Shown: positions 1 to 13,205, counted from the first letter of the whole stretch. The stretch: 63,587 nt of DNA, filler included, from Reticulomyxa filosa (GCA_000512085.1; 21 parts of 21 records of this genome joined end to end with filler, not necessarily neighbours in it); one strand, 5' to 3'. Notes: generated from the letters alone by a model not told the origin. Program-made: numbers and translations.

Positions 1-59
1 TTTTTTGGTTCAAATATTTATTTGTTATTGTCTCATATCACTTTTTTTTAAAAATATAG

Positions 60-1157
60 AAAATTGCTGTTCTTACGCTTGATACATTTAGTGTATCATC
101 CAAATTACTCGCCACTTTTCATGGACACACAAGTTATGTGTATAGTATTGATTGTAGAACGTTCGACGATTGCCAATTTATTTGTTCTGGATCAGAAGAT
201 AAAACAGTCCGCGTATGGGATATAGAGACAAATAAACAATCTCAATCTTTCAATATACACTCAGGTTCTGTTTATTGTGTGAAATTTTCACCATACCATT
301 ATCGTAGTAGTCGTCGTAATGTTGTTTGTTCTTCATCATCTGACAATACCATTAGTTTTTGGGATACTACAAATAATCGACAATTGCAATTATTCAATGG
401 ACATACTCTTGGTGTTTGTGCAATTGAATTTTCACCATTTAATGGTGGTCGTTATTTATGTTCTGGATCGTTCGACAAATCAGTTCGTGTATGGGACATT
501 AAAACATCTAAAACATTACACGTTTTTAATGGACATACAGATGGTGTTTGGTGTGTTGATATTTCACCATTGCAAAGCAATATTAACAATAAAGCCAGCA
601 GTGCTGGTATAATTGGTGGTAATGGATATACAATTTGTTCTGGATCTTTCGATAAGACTATTCGTATGTGGGATATTGAAACAACCAAACAGTTGATTAT
701 TTTCGAAGGACATCAAGATTGGGTTAATAGCGTAAAATACGGATCAAATGAATTAGGAAATATTGGTGGTGCAAATACAATATTATCTGGATCAAATGAT
801 AAAAGCGTTCGTTTGTGGGATATTCGATCTGGTAAACAAATTCAAGAGTTTTGTGGGCATAAGCATTATGTGAATGTTGTTGAATATTCACCATTTGCTA
901 TGAATAATAGCATGATTGGTGGTAGTTCAAATGTAATTTGTTCTGGATCATTTGATAAAACAATTCGTTTTTGGGATATTCGATCAAACAAGAAAGCATT
1001 ATATAGGATTGGAGGAAATAATGTAATATTTTGTCTTAAATTTTTTGAATCAAAAAAGAAAGAAAATACAAACAAAAACAATAATGATTATGGTATTAAT
1101 TTATGTTATGGTTTATACGATGGTACTGTTTGTGTTTGGGGACAATTTCTTAGCTAA
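60..1157 (+). CDS. WD40-repeat protein, terminal exon (5' part off-contig)
   Basis: About 7 GH...WD repeats (SGSxDKTIRxWDI). An AG acceptor at 58-59 is in frame with ORF 138..1157. Confidence 0.9.
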   Translation, partial: KIAVLTLDTFSVSSKLLATFHGHTSYVYSIDCRTFDDCQFICSGSEDKTVRVWDIETNKQSQSFNIHSGSVYCVKFSPYHYRSSRRNVVCSSSSDNTISFWDTTNNRQLQLFNGHTLGVCAIEFSPFNGGRYLCSGSFDKSVRVWDIKTSKTLHVFNGHTDGVWCVDISPLQSNINNKASSAGIIGGNGYTICSGSFDKTIRMWDIETTKQLIIFEGHQDWVNSVKYGSNELGNIGGANTILSGSNDKSVRLWDIRSGKQIQEFCGHKHYVNVVEYSPFAMNNSMIGGSSNVICSGSFDKTIRFWDIRSNKKALYRIGGNNVIFCLKFFESKKKENTNKNNNDYGINLCYGLYDGTVCVWGQFLS

Positions 1158-1235
1158 TTAAATAAAGCAAGTTTTTTCCTCCATAAATTAATCAGTTTTA
1201 TACTTTTCGAGTATATGATTGCTAATAAGTTGATA

Positions 1236-1340
1236 TAGTAATAAAAAGATCACACCTAAAATGGCAACATATAGAGGCTCATGATGAAACAACACTTAAT
1301 CAAATATTTTTTGAAATATCGTTTGATTTTAGTTTTTATT
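1236..1340 (+). mobile_element. Degenerate Tc1/mariner-type TIR fragment (MITE family, copy A)
   Basis: TA-TAGTAATAAAAAGATCACACCTAAAATGGCAACATATA...ATGAAACAACACTTAATCAAA resembles the copies at 27774, 29838 and 42323. Confidence 0.55.
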
Positions 1341-1655
1341 TCATATTTCTAAATTTTTCCACTCACCTTTTTTATTTGTAATTTCTAAAATATTTTTATG
1401 TTTTTACGTTTTATTGCGTGTTTTACTTTTTAAAAAGGCTCATCACTGTTTCTTTTTTGTGCTTTGTTGAGAGAATTGGTGCTTGTTTTCAACAGAAAAA
1501 AATTTTAACTTTAAATTCGTGCAATTTCAAAATAATCAAATTTTAAATTTTAACAATTGCATAAAAAGAATTTTCCAGATTAAAAGGTAATTTTATTCAA
1601 TAAAAAGAAAAATAAATTGACTTTATTACTTTATTTTTCTAATTTTTAAAAAAAA

Positions 1656-3885
1656 TCAAAAATAATTCATTTGCCCCCAAACAGAAATATAACCTTTAAA
1701 TGAACCATAATACAAACTAAAACTGCTATCACTTTTTTTTGAATTGTTATTATTTATTTTCTTTTTTGATGTTAAAAATTTAAGACATAATATTCCGTCA
1801 ATATCATTATAATTATCACTATCACTATCATAATCATCATCGCAACCAATCATATTCAATTCATCGCTATTTGATCGAATATCCCAAAAACGAATTGTAT
1901 TATCTCTTGACCCAGAACATATCACGTTTGAACTACAACCAATTCCATTATTATATACTACAAATGGTGAATATTCAACAACATTCACAGAATCTTTATG
2001 TCCACGAAAATCTTGAATTTGTTTACCAGATCGAATATCCCACAAACGAACACTATAATCACTTGATCCAGATAAAATTGTATTTGCACCACCAATATTC
2101 CCTAATTCATTTGATCCATATTTTACGCTATTAATCCAACATTCGTGTCCTTTAAATACATTCAATTGTTTAGTTGTTTCAAAATCCCATATACGAATGG
2201 TATCGTCAGCTGATCCAGAACAAATTGTATATCCATTACCACCAATCACACCAATACTATTACTTTTATTATTAGCGTTCTTGCTGTTGCTATTGCTTTG
2301 CAATGGTGAAATAGCCACACATGAAACAAGGCCTTCATGTCCTTTAAAAGCATGTAATGTTTTGGATGTTTTAACATCCCATAAACGAATTGTTTTATCA
2401 TTTGATCCAGAACACAAATATCTACCACCATTAAATGGTGAAAATTCAATTTCACTGACACTGTCAGTGTGTCCATCGAATGTTTGCAATTGTTGATTAT
2501 GTTTAAAATTCCAAAAACGAATCGTTTTGCCACTTGATGAACAAATAACATTATCATTGTAATAATGATATTTTGAAAACCTTACACAACTCACATGATC
2601 TGAATATCCACTAAATAGGTGAATTTGTTTGCTATTTTCTACATCCATACACGAACTGTTTTATCATCTGATCCAGAACAAAGTAAATTGCAATCATCAA
2701 ATATCGAGTAATCAATACTAGTTACACACTTAGTGTGTCCATCGAATGTTTTGAGTTCATATAATGAACTGAATAAATCAAAGCTGAAAGTATGCTTTTC
2801 TTCTGGATTCGAAGCTATTTCGTAATAGATTTGATTCTCTTCTTTTTCATCATGATTATTTTTGGCTTGTAATGTTTTTATTTTCTCTGATATTATTTGA
2901 TCTTTCAATTTTATTTCTTGTTTTAAGTTTTCAATTTCAATTAAAAGTATCTTCTATTGAAATTAATTTATTATGTTTATTTTTCTTTTTAGACAGTATC
3001 TATGAGAAAGAATACCTGATGACTATTCAAATTGAGAATTTCCAGCTTTAAAATAGACTTTTCATTCAAAATCTTTAAAATTTCTTTGTGTTGGGTTTTT
3101 TTATCTAAATCTATTTGTTCTTTCAATTGTTCATTTTCTAATTGTAATTGTTTTTTTTCTTCCTATGCATTTTTATTTTAGTGATAAAAAATATATATTT
3201 TGTTAATCTTGATGGATGCTTGTAAGAAATTGTGTTTATATAACGTGTTGTTGTCGAATAATCTCTTTGAATGATTCGGCTTTCTTCACTACCAAATCGA
3301 AATGATATTTCATCATTGAACTTAAATGACTTTCCAATTCATTTTGAAGACATGAATGATTACATTCAAATGATTTAAACCAGCAATCTTCCAATTTCAA
3401 ATAGCACGAATTATCCAAATGATCTTTTAAGTCTTTTAATTTTCCTTTGAAATTGCACATGTTTGTCATATCTCCAGATGTTTGTCCTTCTTCGGTTTTT
3501 GTATTTGTTTTCGAATCTTGTCGGAATTGTCTTGGACATGTTACCATCAAATCGTTAATCTGTCGTTGTGTCAATTTCATTTTGTAATATTCACAGCCAT
3601 TGTGAAACTGAGCTGGACAAGTATTATTATTAGGTCAAGAAATTGCTTCAAGCAACTTTCTCCTGCGATCAATGATTCATCCACATCTTTGTGTTGATCG
3701 CAATAGATTTCAACTGGATTGTTTGCAACTTGTTTGCAAATCAGACAAATGAAATGATTCACTTGCTCCGGTTGGTTTAACTGTAAAATCCAGCTTTTGT
3801 CAAAGCATTGCCGTTGTTCAAAAGAAACTGAAGTCATTCTAATTTGAGCTTTTTCTTTCGATTTCTCAGTCTCAAGTTTACTCAT
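1656..3885 (-). pseudogene. RING-like/TRAF zinc finger + coiled coil + WD40 gene with two 1-bp frameshifts (pseudogene or homopolymer errors)
   Basis: ATG at 3885 (MSKLETEK). Contains [19 protein letters not shown] and CPRQF...CNFKGKLKDLKDHL...C, two introns (~3164-3246, ~2954-3017) and a WD40 exon. Frameshifts at ~3630 and ~2645 (VRVW|DV). Confidence 0.8.
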
Positions 3886-4510
3886 TCTTACTTTTTTGCG
3901 TGTTTGTCCCACTTGCTAAGAATTTCAAACAAAGTTTTTTTTTTAGGCAAAAAAAAAAAAAGGGAAGTTTTTCGACAACACTCTCTTCCAAGCCGTGTGA
4001 CAAAGAACGAGAAAAAAAAAAGGAAAAGATAGACTTTTGGACTAAAAACCCCAACAAACAACAAAAACGAATTAAATAATAGAAATCTTAGAAGTTCTCA
4101 AATTTTCCTTGCAACATCATAATCTTGGTACGCCACCCCGTGCATAAAAAAAAAAAAAACGCAAGACAATGATGGCAACTTTTTCTCGCAAATAAGCAGA
4201 CCTCGTTTGTGCAACGAATATCAGAGTGAAAGAAACAGTGCACTAATAACACAATTTTCTTTACAAAAAAGAAAAAAAACAACGAAAAAGCGTTGTTTAT
4301 TGCGAATATCTTGAGGAACATCGATTAGACAGAAACTGGTGTGACCTCTTGGACAAAAGCAAACACAACAACAACAAAACAATAATAACAAAACAAAAAC
4401 AAAAGAAAAAAAACAATGAAATACTAGAAACACCAAAGAATGAAACTGATTTTTCCGATTTGCACTTTTGGAACGTCAGTTGAACAAAAATGATTGCGCA
4501 AAAAAAAAAA

Positions 4511-4541
<31 letters not shown>

Positions 4542-4615
4542 TAGAAAGAAAAAAATACCGACATCAAAATTGGAACTATATTTTTTCCCCCTCCAAAATG
4601 ATTTTTGAAGACACT

Positions 4616-4715
4616 NNNNNNNNNNNNNNNNNNNNNNNNNNNNNNNNNNNNNNNNNNNNTTAATTAATTAANNNNNNNNNNNNNNNNNNNNNNNNNNNNN
4701 NNNNNNNNNNNNNNN
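4616..4715. other. Artificial contig linker (first of 20)
   Basis: N-run + TTAATTAATTAA (stops in all six frames) + N-run. Other linkers start at 8480, 9643, 11624, 13106, 15642, 17642, 19368, 21640, 24661, 26561, 27990, 42186, 45306, 49621, 53846, 55569, 58488, 60554 and 62420. Confidence 0.98.
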
Positions 4716-6789
4716 AATGATAATGATAATAATGATGGAAAGGAAGAAGAAGGAAAGGACAAAGACCAAATTGCACATAACATTGAACACGAGAAAAAAG
4801 ATAGATCCAACACTCCCAACAATGGCCGACAGTTGGAACAGGACTTGAATATCATCGAACGCGAAAACGTAAAGATCTTTCGCCAGGAAAACGTATACGA
4901 CACTCAGTTTGACCAGTTCATGTTAAAACATTTGACCAAATTGGTCTCCGATTTCAAAAAGGAAAAGCACGAACACTTGGCTCTTTTGCCGACAGTACTG
5001 CTGCGTCACGTGCTGAATGTCGTCCCTGGGCTCGCCGAACATAAAAAAAAAGACAAGTGGTTCGCCATGCTCACTGATCTGTACGCGGCTGATATTGCCT
5101 TGGTCCAAGAGCTCATCGCAAATAAAGACTTGGTGCCATGGATACTCAATCTCACTACCAAATGTCCACATCAAAACATGCGCTGTCATGTCTTGAGCTT
5201 CTTCCAAACAATCTTTAAAGACTTTGGTTTGATTCTATTTCTTAACACAATACATATACCTTGATTTGTTCAATACAAATATTGTTATTAATATTATTAT
5301 ATATATATATATATATAATAAAATAGAAAACAAGACAACAAATGAAACGAGTGTGCAGACATTATGCACAAAATTATGCGAAGTCGTCCGCTACATGTCA
5401 CCGCATGATATGCCATTTATCCACACAAAAGAAGGAAAGCTGCTGCCTCTGGCACACGAAGTGTTTGTACTGCTAAACTCTTTCATCAGCAAATCTGTCT
5501 ATTTGACTCACTTCCATCAAAATAATCTTCTTGGCGAACTTGTCCATTTGTGCTGCAAAGGTAAAACAAATAAACCAAAAAAAAAAAAAAGTTGACATAA
5601 ATAAGGAAAAAAAAAATATATATATTTGTTCCATCGGATATATATATATATATACATATATGTACATATATCTTATAGACAATCGATACATTCGCTATCA
5701 ATGGCTGCCGCCTAGTATACACTTGCTGCAAGATAAATCCTCATTGCACTATGACAGCGTGTTTGATCTTATCCGGCATTTGCTTGAGCATAAAAAAAAA
5801 AGCACTCCTTCGGAATCCAAGACGGACGAGTCGGATACAAACGAGGATGACATGTCATCGCAAAGCGAGGAAAATAACCCTTCCGATGAAACGCTAAGTG
5901 AGGAAAATGAACACAAATATGATAATGCAAGTGCCGCTGAAAGTGGCTCCGAATCACCAACTCAACCTGCAAATACCGATGCTGATGCTACTGCTGCTAC
6001 CGAAGATGTGTCCGCGTATTCACTTGCATCCGATCGAAATGTGTATTCGCGGGCTTTTCTTCAATGTCTTGCTGCACGCAAATGTGAAGATGCCAAACAT
6101 CAATTGAAACTTGTTTATCTCGTCGGCGAAAATAATTTCGCTGCGAGCAAAAAACTTACGGAATGCGTCATTCGACGCGTCGAAAATTTAGATAATTTTG
6201 ATTGCTACCCTGCTGTGCTGTGCTTTATGGAACTTATGTCCATTGATGACGAATTGAAGCAGAAAAGATGGGATGTCTGTTTTAAACTTTTCATTGACTG
6301 TGTCAAAAAAGATAACTTTGGCCAGAGTTGGCATATGATCGAAATGTGCGTGGTTTTGTTGTTAGATTTGATGAATCGTACAAAAGAAGTTAAAATCATT
6401 TCAATATCAAAAAATTGTTATTTATTCGAATTTTTTTTTTCTGTGCTTCTGACAATTTTTGCACTTTGTCACAAAAAAACAAAGATGGTACATGTTGTAT
6501 GTGTGTGTGCTGTGGAATTGCAAAAAAGATATTTGAATGGTTTCACAAGTCAAAAGAAGGTATTGAATTCATTGATTGGATTCAAGCGTATGCCGAAGAA
6601 TTTCCGTCATTAAAAAAGCTCTCACAACTGGCACACGACGGAAGAGATGTTCCAAAACCATACAAACATCCCATCCCCCGAGATGTTAGCAAATATGTTC
6701 CTATTGATAAAATTCCATTTTGCAAAGGAAAGCAAGGGAACTTAAAGTTGATAATCCAAGCAGCACTAAACTCTGCGAACCAAAAATAG
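4716..6789 (+). CDS. 3' part of a large multi-exon helical protein, likely the C-terminal region of a USP9/24/34-type deubiquitinase
   Basis: Four exons (~4716-5227, ~5327-5560, ~5679-6388, ~6527-6789). IERENVKIFRQENVYDTQFDQFM resembles the post-catalytic segment of USP9X/24. The catalytic domain is not in the window. Confidence 0.5.
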
Positions 6790-7638
6790 CAAAGCAAAAC
6801 AAGTGCTCTGTGCAACGTTTTGCGTTTCTTGACATTAAGTGTTCACACAAGGGAAAAGACACCTTAAACAAAAAAACAATAAAATAACTTATGTAAACTG
6901 CGAAATTCTTTATTCTTTTATGTTTTATTCAAAAATACAATTCTTTAATCATTGACGAAACAGGCTACAATCACTGCAATTAATTTCTATGTTCTCCAAA
7001 GCTTTTATAAACTTGTTTGTGGCGTGTATTGTTTGAATAAAACAAAACATTTTTTTGCTCAACATAAAGATTTTTTCTCTTTTTTACAGCGACTGGAAAA
7101 TGTTTGTGGAAATATCGCTCGACTTTTTTGAATGTACATCAAAAAGATTGTAGTTACTGCAAGTCTTCATTGAAGGTTGATGACTTTTTTAAGTTACCAA
7201 TCATACTTGTGAACAGAGCACAGATCACACACAAAAAGTAGAAAAATTACAAATTCAGTAGAGGTCAAAAAATCACGTCTTTTTTGGAGATGCAACAAAA
7301 AATAAGACAGACAGGTGCTGCGCATTTCTACACCATCCGTTTTCTAAAAATAATAATAATAATAATAAAAAACAAATGCACATCAAGTGTACACAAACAC
7401 TTGGATAGATTTGCTATTCAGTAACTTCTTGCAAGCGTATGCTCTCATAATAATCCAAAACTACAAGCAAAAAGAAATCCTACTTGCTGCCAATGTTCAC
7501 AATTTTCCCTTCCCTCTTTTTCCTTCTTTTTTTTCTCCCTATCCTTTTCAATATGTGTTTAGAACTGGAACTCTCAATAATTACCATCCTTCACCTTGCC
7601 TCTCGCCTGTGTAGAATCCATGCAACAACATTAATTTG

Positions 7639-8479
7639 TTATTCCATTGTCAAAAACATTGAAAAGATAATTAAGAAGAGAAAGAGAGAGGAAAAAAAAA
7701 ACAAATGAACAAATGCAAGTATACCAGGATTAGTGAATGTCATGTCAGGGTAGGCTTGCATTTGGGACAAGTAAGCTTGAGGCATTGCAGAATGTTCGTT
7801 GGATGCACCCATGGGCATCATTGTGGCAACGCCAGGAGATGAATAGCTGACACCTCCCATCATGAAGCCCGGATAATTCATGCTTACAGGTTCATCATAA
7901 GCCGCAATTCCGGAATAAGGGTCATTGTAACCAGTATATTGGGCGTACTGATTATCGCTAGTCGGTGTTTGATAGTTCTTGATTTATTATCCGTATTATT
8001 TAAGTATTAGCATTTGAGAAGGAACATTTCTTATATGAATATAAAAATAAAATATATAACACAATTGTATACCATGTAACAAAGTGACAGAGATATGTTT
8101 GAAATGATAAGATGTAGTCCAAAACTGGAGTAACAGTCTGTGCAGTATTTTGAGAAAATACCATGTTTGAAGGATAACCTTGCTGGTTAGGCAGAGGATA
8201 GAACTTTTGCAAATGCATTACGTGCTGCTCTTTTTGGATTTGATTGAACATAGAAGGCGTATCGACAACGTTGGATTGGTTCCATTCGCCATGATGTTTC
8301 ATTTGTTTATTGTTTTCCTTTGTGACGGAAGGCGCGTAATTGCTGTTCGCATACTTTTCTTGTTGAGACGTGTGATGAGTGGATCCTTCCATGCGCGACG
8401 CTTGCGCCACTTGCGCCAATCGTGGTTGCTGTTGAAAGTGTTGTTGTAAGTGTTGCTGTTGCTGTTGCTGTTGCTGTTG
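7639..8479 (-). CDS. 3' part of a Q/N/P-rich low-complexity protein, multi-exon
   Basis: ORFs 8000..8419 and 7639..7881 are separated by an AT-rich intron. A poly-Q tract lies at the contig edge. No domain recognised. Confidence 0.45.
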
Positions 8480-8809
8480 NNNNNNNNNNNNNNNNNNNNN
8501 NNNNNNNNNNNNNNNNNNNNNNNTTAATTAATTAANNNNNNNNNNNNNNNNNNNNNNNNNNNNNNNNNNNNNNNNNNNNATAATTCCATTCATTGTTTCT
8601 TTAGTTTTATTTGTTTATTTTTTCTTTCACTTTTGTATTGTTGTTCCAATATCAAAATTAAATGGAAGGAAAATAAAAAGTAAACGAATGAATACTGCTA
8701 CCAACGAAACAGCTGTTGCAAAATCATCTTTGGCAAGCCTTCTTTGAACTTGTATCAAACATACTGAATTGTGTTGGATGTGATAAAATTAGTCGGAAAA
8801 CAGCATAAA

Positions 8810-9140
8810 AATAATAATTCAAAATTGGATTCGAATTTTGAGCATTAAATTGGGATGGGTCAAAGATTTTGACCAAATTGTTGTCAAATACGTTAAACAA
8901 TGTTTTTGTTTTTTTAAATCTAAATAATAATGTTTATTATGTTATTCATAATTAATACACAAAATACAAATTAGAAATTTTCAATTGCTAAAAAAGCTAC
9001 AAACACAATAGCGGCCTGTAACTAGTATTGAACCAATTAGAATGGCATTCAGCTGTTGTTATGATGTGAAATATTTTCCAGATGGTCAAATTATTTTGTC
9101 TTGCTCAAGTGATAAAACTATTCGTCTGTGGAATATTCTG
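8810..9140 (+). pseudogene. Degenerate WD40-family gene 5' part
   Basis: IIIQNWIRILSIKLGWVKDFDQIVVKY exon, an intron, then [32 protein letters not shown]. Truncated. Confidence 0.65.
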
Positions 9141-9364
9141 CAACTTGATTTGACATTTGATACAAGTCTTATTTATTATGCTTTTCAACTCTTTTAAAAA
9201 CATTGAATTCAGATATTTCAATTTTTTCAAAGAACAAAAAAAATAAAACACATCCTTCAATGTTTGCATTCAATCAAATCAAACAAGTTTAATATCAACT
9301 TACTTTTCTTTTAATCTAACTTTTCAAACAAAAACACTTATTTCTTATTCGACAAAACAGTAAA

Positions 9365-9642
9365 TTATCCCCAAATACGAATTTGACCTTTGACTGAACC
9401 ATAACATAAATTCAAATCATATTTAATATTCTTTGCCTTTTTTTTCTTTTTCAATAAAATAAATTTTAAACAAAGTATTCCATTATCTCTTTCATTATCT
9501 CCTTTTATCATATACAATTCATTCTTATTTGATCGAATATCCCAAAAACGAATTGTATTATCATCCGACCCAGAACATATCACATTTGAATTACCAAAAA
9601 TATTCTTTATTACAAATGGTGAATATTCAACAGACAATACAG
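9365..9642 (-). CDS. WD40-repeat protein, C-terminal fragment
   Basis: VEYSPF...CSGSDDNTIRFWDIRSNK...LCYGSVKGQIRIWG*. Confidence 0.85.
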
Positions 9643-9742
9643 NNNNNNNNNNNNNNNNNNNNNNNNNNNNNNNNNNNNNNNNNNNNTTAATTAATTAANN
9701 NNNNNNNNNNNNNNNNNNNNNNNNNNNNNNNNNNNNNNNNNN

Positions 9743-10647
9743 ATGTGTTGCCCAAGGGCATGATCCGCGTTTGGCATACGGCAGAGCTGGTCGATCAGTT
9801 AACCCTTTGGGCGTCGGTATTCGAGTCGGGAGGGGTGCCCGGCGAGCTGAAGCCCATCATGACTGCAGGGGTGGATGCAGGCTTGTTGCGCTATCTTTGC
9901 CGAGAGTGGGCGGTCAAACCGTACCGTTTCGAGCGAGCCGAGCGTGTGCGCGTGCAAAGCCTGCAGGTGGAGGTGGCACAGCGTTTGCCGGTGTTGCACA
10001 AGCTGGTACGCGAGCTGGAAGAAAAGGTGCGTGATGAAACCCGGCGCGCCAGCGGGGTGGAAGAGGGGTTCGATGCGGCCGAAGAGGTTCGCATTTACGG
10101 TTTTGTTACCAGTAGACGCCGCGAGCGGCAGACGGTTGCGGCCATTCAGGTCAAGGAGCAGTTTCCGTTCTGGGATGTGGACAACAAGAGTGAAACCGGT
10201 CTGGGCCTGAATCTGCCTGCGCAAGGCAATGAGTGGGTTGCACTGGGGACCTTGCTCGGTTTTCGAGACCGTGGCGCAGACGAGTGGTCGCTGGGTGTAG
10301 TACGCCGTTTGCAGCGCCCGGGTCAGGATCGCATCTACCTGGGGGTGCAGATTCTGACCAGTCGCCCGGTGGCGGCGGCCTTGCGTCAGGAAGAAGGTCG
10401 CCCGGTTGACCCGTCCATGCCCTCGGAGATGGTATGGAACCAGGGCGAGATTGCCCTGTTTGTGCCCTTGCTCAAGGACGGCAAGAAACTGAATACCCTG
10501 TTGATTTCTACCGGTAGCTACGCCATGGGCAAGCAGTTCCATATGGTGGCGCGCGGCAAGATGTTCCTGATCAGCCTTGGTCGCGTCGTAGAGCGTGCTA
10601 CCGAGTGGTGTCAGGTGGAAGTGGAACTGATCAAGACCTTGTCCTGA
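9743..10647 (+). CDS. Bacterial hypothetical protein with PilZ-like barrel (5'-partial)
   Basis: GC-rich, intronless. WDVDNKSETGLGL fits the PilZ [D/N]xSxxG motif and is followed by GVVRRL...YLGVQIL. Confidence 0.55.
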
Positions 10648-10660
10648 TGTGGTTGTCGGT

Positions 10661-10695
10661 CAAGAAAAAAGCCGCGTTGAGCGGCTTTTTTCTTG
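10661..10695. terminator. Bidirectional rho-independent terminator
   Basis: CAAGAAAAAAGCCGC-GTTGA-GCGGCTTTTTTCTTG is a perfect 15-bp stem between convergent genes. Confidence 0.9.
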
Positions 10696-10711
10696 GGTGC
10701 CGTGGTGTGGC

Positions 10712-11623
10712 TTAACGCAAATCCTTCAGCACGCCGTAGATGGCACTGAGCGTGGCCTCGCCCAGACGCAAGCTGCGTTGGCCGTTCCAGCCGGTGTCGT
10801 CATCTGGCAGGTTGTCGTTGTCCTTGAACGGCATCTCCAGTGTGTAGGCCAGGCACTGGAACTGGTTGCCTACCCAGGCGGTGGCCATAGACAGGTTGGC
10901 CGCACCCGGTTCGTCACGGTCGTAGCCGTGTTCGTCCTGGAAGTCGGGTGACGCCACCTTCAGCTGCTGCTTGAAGCTTTCTTCCAGTGCTGCGATACGC
11001 GGGCTGTAAGTGGGGACGCCTTCGGTGCCGGCGACAAAGATGTAGGGAATGGTTTCGTCGCCGTGAATATCAAGGAACAAGTCAACGCCGGTTTCCAGCA
11101 TCTTGTTGCGGACGTGGTAAACCTCCGGGCTGGTTTCCAGGCTGGGGTTCAGCCATTCGCGGTTCAGGTTGGCGCCGGCGGCGTTGGTGCGCAGGTTGCC
11201 TAGTACCGAGCCGTCCGGGTTCATATTGGGCACCACATAGAAGGTAGCGCGGTCGAGCAGGGCGCGCGAGGTGGGGTCCTGTGCGTCCAGCAGGCGGGTC
11301 AGGAAGCCTTCGACGAACCATTCGGCCATCGTTTCACCCGGGTGTTGGCGCGCGGTAATCCAGATCTTGAGATCGGATTCCACTTCATGGCCGATGGTCA
11401 GCAGGTTGATATCCCGCTGTTGCACCGTGGCGCCCAGATCGCTGACCTGGCACAGGCCGGAGCTTTGCGCCATGCCGATCAGGTTGAGGTGCTGCTCGTG
11501 CGAATAGGGCTCGAAGTAGGCGTAGTAAATGCTGCCGGCCAGTGGCGCGTGCTCGATCACCAGCTCGTTGCCGTCCAGATAGGTGGGCACACGGAACCAG
11601 TTGACGCGATCGTAGGAGGCGAC
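10712..11623 (-). CDS. Bacterial M14 zinc carboxypeptidase (cytosolic carboxypeptidase-like), 5'-partial
   Basis: Motifs ARQHPGE (Zn HxxE), PNMNPDG, RTNAAGANLNREW, LDIHGDE and LEMPFKD. Confidence 0.92.
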   Translation of the reverse strand, partial: VASYDRVNWFRVPTYLDGNELVIEHAPLAGSIYYAYFEPYSHEQHLNLIGMAQSSGLCQVSDLGATVQQRDINLLTIGHEVESDLKIWITARQHPGETMAEWFVEGFLTRLLDAQDPTSRALLDRATFYVVPNMNPDGSVLGNLRTNAAGANLNREWLNPSLETSPEVYHVRNKMLETGVDLFLDIHGDETIPYIFVAGTEGVPTYSPRIAALEESFKQQLKVASPDFQDEHGYDRDEPGAANLSMATAWVGNQFQCLAYTLEMPFKDNDNLPDDDTGWNGQRSLRLGEATLSAIYGVLKDLR

Positions 11624-12162
11624 NNNNNNNNNNNNNNNNNNNNNNNNNNNNNNNNNNNNNNNNNNNNTTAATTAATTAANNNNNNNNNNNNNNNNNNNNN
11701 NNNNNNNNNNNNNNNNNNNNNNNAAGATACGTTTTAGGCGTTCAGTTTTCTTTGCAACCTACTGTATTAAATGTTATTTTTCATGTAGAAAATATATTCT
11801 CTTCATAAGTGTTCCACTTAAGTATTACAGTTTTTTCTGCAACATACTATATTACTTTTGGATAAATTTGTACACAATATGCTAATCTTCAGTTATATAT
11901 TATAATCTAGTTTTGTAAATGTCACTTCGTCAAATGCAATTGTTGTAATTTCACTTAGTAGTATGCGTTTGTAATATTGTGTCAATACCACTCACATCCA
12001 ATATCATTCAGGATTTATATAGCTAACATTCATTTTTTTAAATTTTTTTTATATCCACAAACATGTCCTTCATGTATTTTTTCAAATTAAAACTGTTGTT
12101 AATACATAAGCTTTTAAATGCATCAGTATGAATTGTGCCACTTGTCTTACAAACAACACATA

Positions 12163-13105
12163 CAGTAGATTGCAAAAAAAACTACTATACCTAAATGGTA
12201 CTATATGAAGAAAATCGATTTTCTCAATGAAAAATAAAGATTTAAACCTAATTTTTTTAAAAAATATCTACTACTCTTGTAGTTTTTAAATATTAAATTG
12301 GTTTTATGATAAGTTTTTTCTGAGTTGATCAAAAATATGAATTTTTCAAATGACTTTTAAAAATTTCGAAGTAGTTCATATAAATTGAAACTGTATTGAA
12401 AATAAGAAATTTTAAAATCTTTTTGTTTTCGTTTTAGGAATTTCCAAGTCACGTATATACTTTTTAAAAAAGATTAGCTTTGTATCTTTAGTAATTTTTA
12501 ACAAAATTCTGAAATTTTTTAAAAAAATATTTTTTGTTTAACATTTTTTTTAGTAGTATTTTGTTGATTTTCCTTGTGGCATTGGCTCAACTAGAGCTTG
12601 ACATAGTTTAGTGTCAGTTTTTTCAAATATTTTTTTAAGTTTTTCACAAAATTGTTAATTTTTTCGCCTTTATATAATTTTACTTTAATTATCCACCAAA
12701 TGCTTTCAATTGGATTTAGGTCTGGTGAATTAAGAGGAAAATGTATCAGTCCATTATTTTCTTTAAACCAGTCCATTATTTTTTTAGTTTTGTGACATGA
12801 TAAATTTTCTCTGACCTGCCAGATTCAGCTTTTCTTTTTACGGTTCCATTCACTTATCTGACTACAGCCAAAATCGAAGATATACTTATATTAAATTTCT
12901 TTGCTACATATCGAATGTTCGCTTCACTAACCAGCATACCAACAGTAACTCTTTTCTTAAAAGCAATCAAATGTTTCACTATTTTAAATATCCAAATTTT
13001 GAAATGTCAATTAAAAATATCAACAATAAAGAAAATTAGAAAAAAAAAAAATATTTAAAGATTAGTATATATTTTTTTAAAAAAATTAGTTTTAAATCTT
13101 TATTT
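12163..13105 (-). mobile_element. Internally deleted Tc1/mariner DNA transposon with both TIRs (copy B)
   Basis: TA|CAGTAG terminus at 12161-12168. An inverted copy of AAATAAAGATTTAAACCTAATTTTTTTAAAAAATATCTACTA lies at ~13055-13105 (cut by the contig end). A transposase remnant lies between them. Confidence 0.8.
12591..12979 (-). pseudogene. Tc1-family (DDE_3) transposase remnant
   Basis: An HTH segment IRYVAKKFNISISSI...KRKAESGRS (one stop) is fused by deletion to NLSCHKTKKIMDWF...PLNSPDLNPIESIW. Confidence 0.85.
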
Positions 13106-13205
13106 NNNNNNNNNNNNNNNNNNNNNNNNNNNNNNNNNNNNNNNNNNNNTTAATTAATTAANNNNNNNNNNNNNNNNNNNNNNNNNNNNNNNNNNNNNNN
13201 NNNNN

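Noticed and set aside
2639-3640. Programmed frameshifting in WD40/TRAF genes
   Set aside because: The lesions are at different positions in each paralog and often in short homopolymers. Sequencing error or decay is simpler.
4088-4340. Possible small 3' exons on the minus strand
   Set aside because: Short, unrecognised and without a convincing exon chain.
9743-11623. Functional link between the PilZ-like gene and the M14 peptidase
   Set aside because: The genes are convergent with a shared terminator, and there is no operon evidence.
9799-11671. Long overlapping or antisense ORFs in the GC-rich contigs (also 24990-26231)
   Set aside because: These are shadow ORFs expected in GC-rich coding DNA and carry no motifs.
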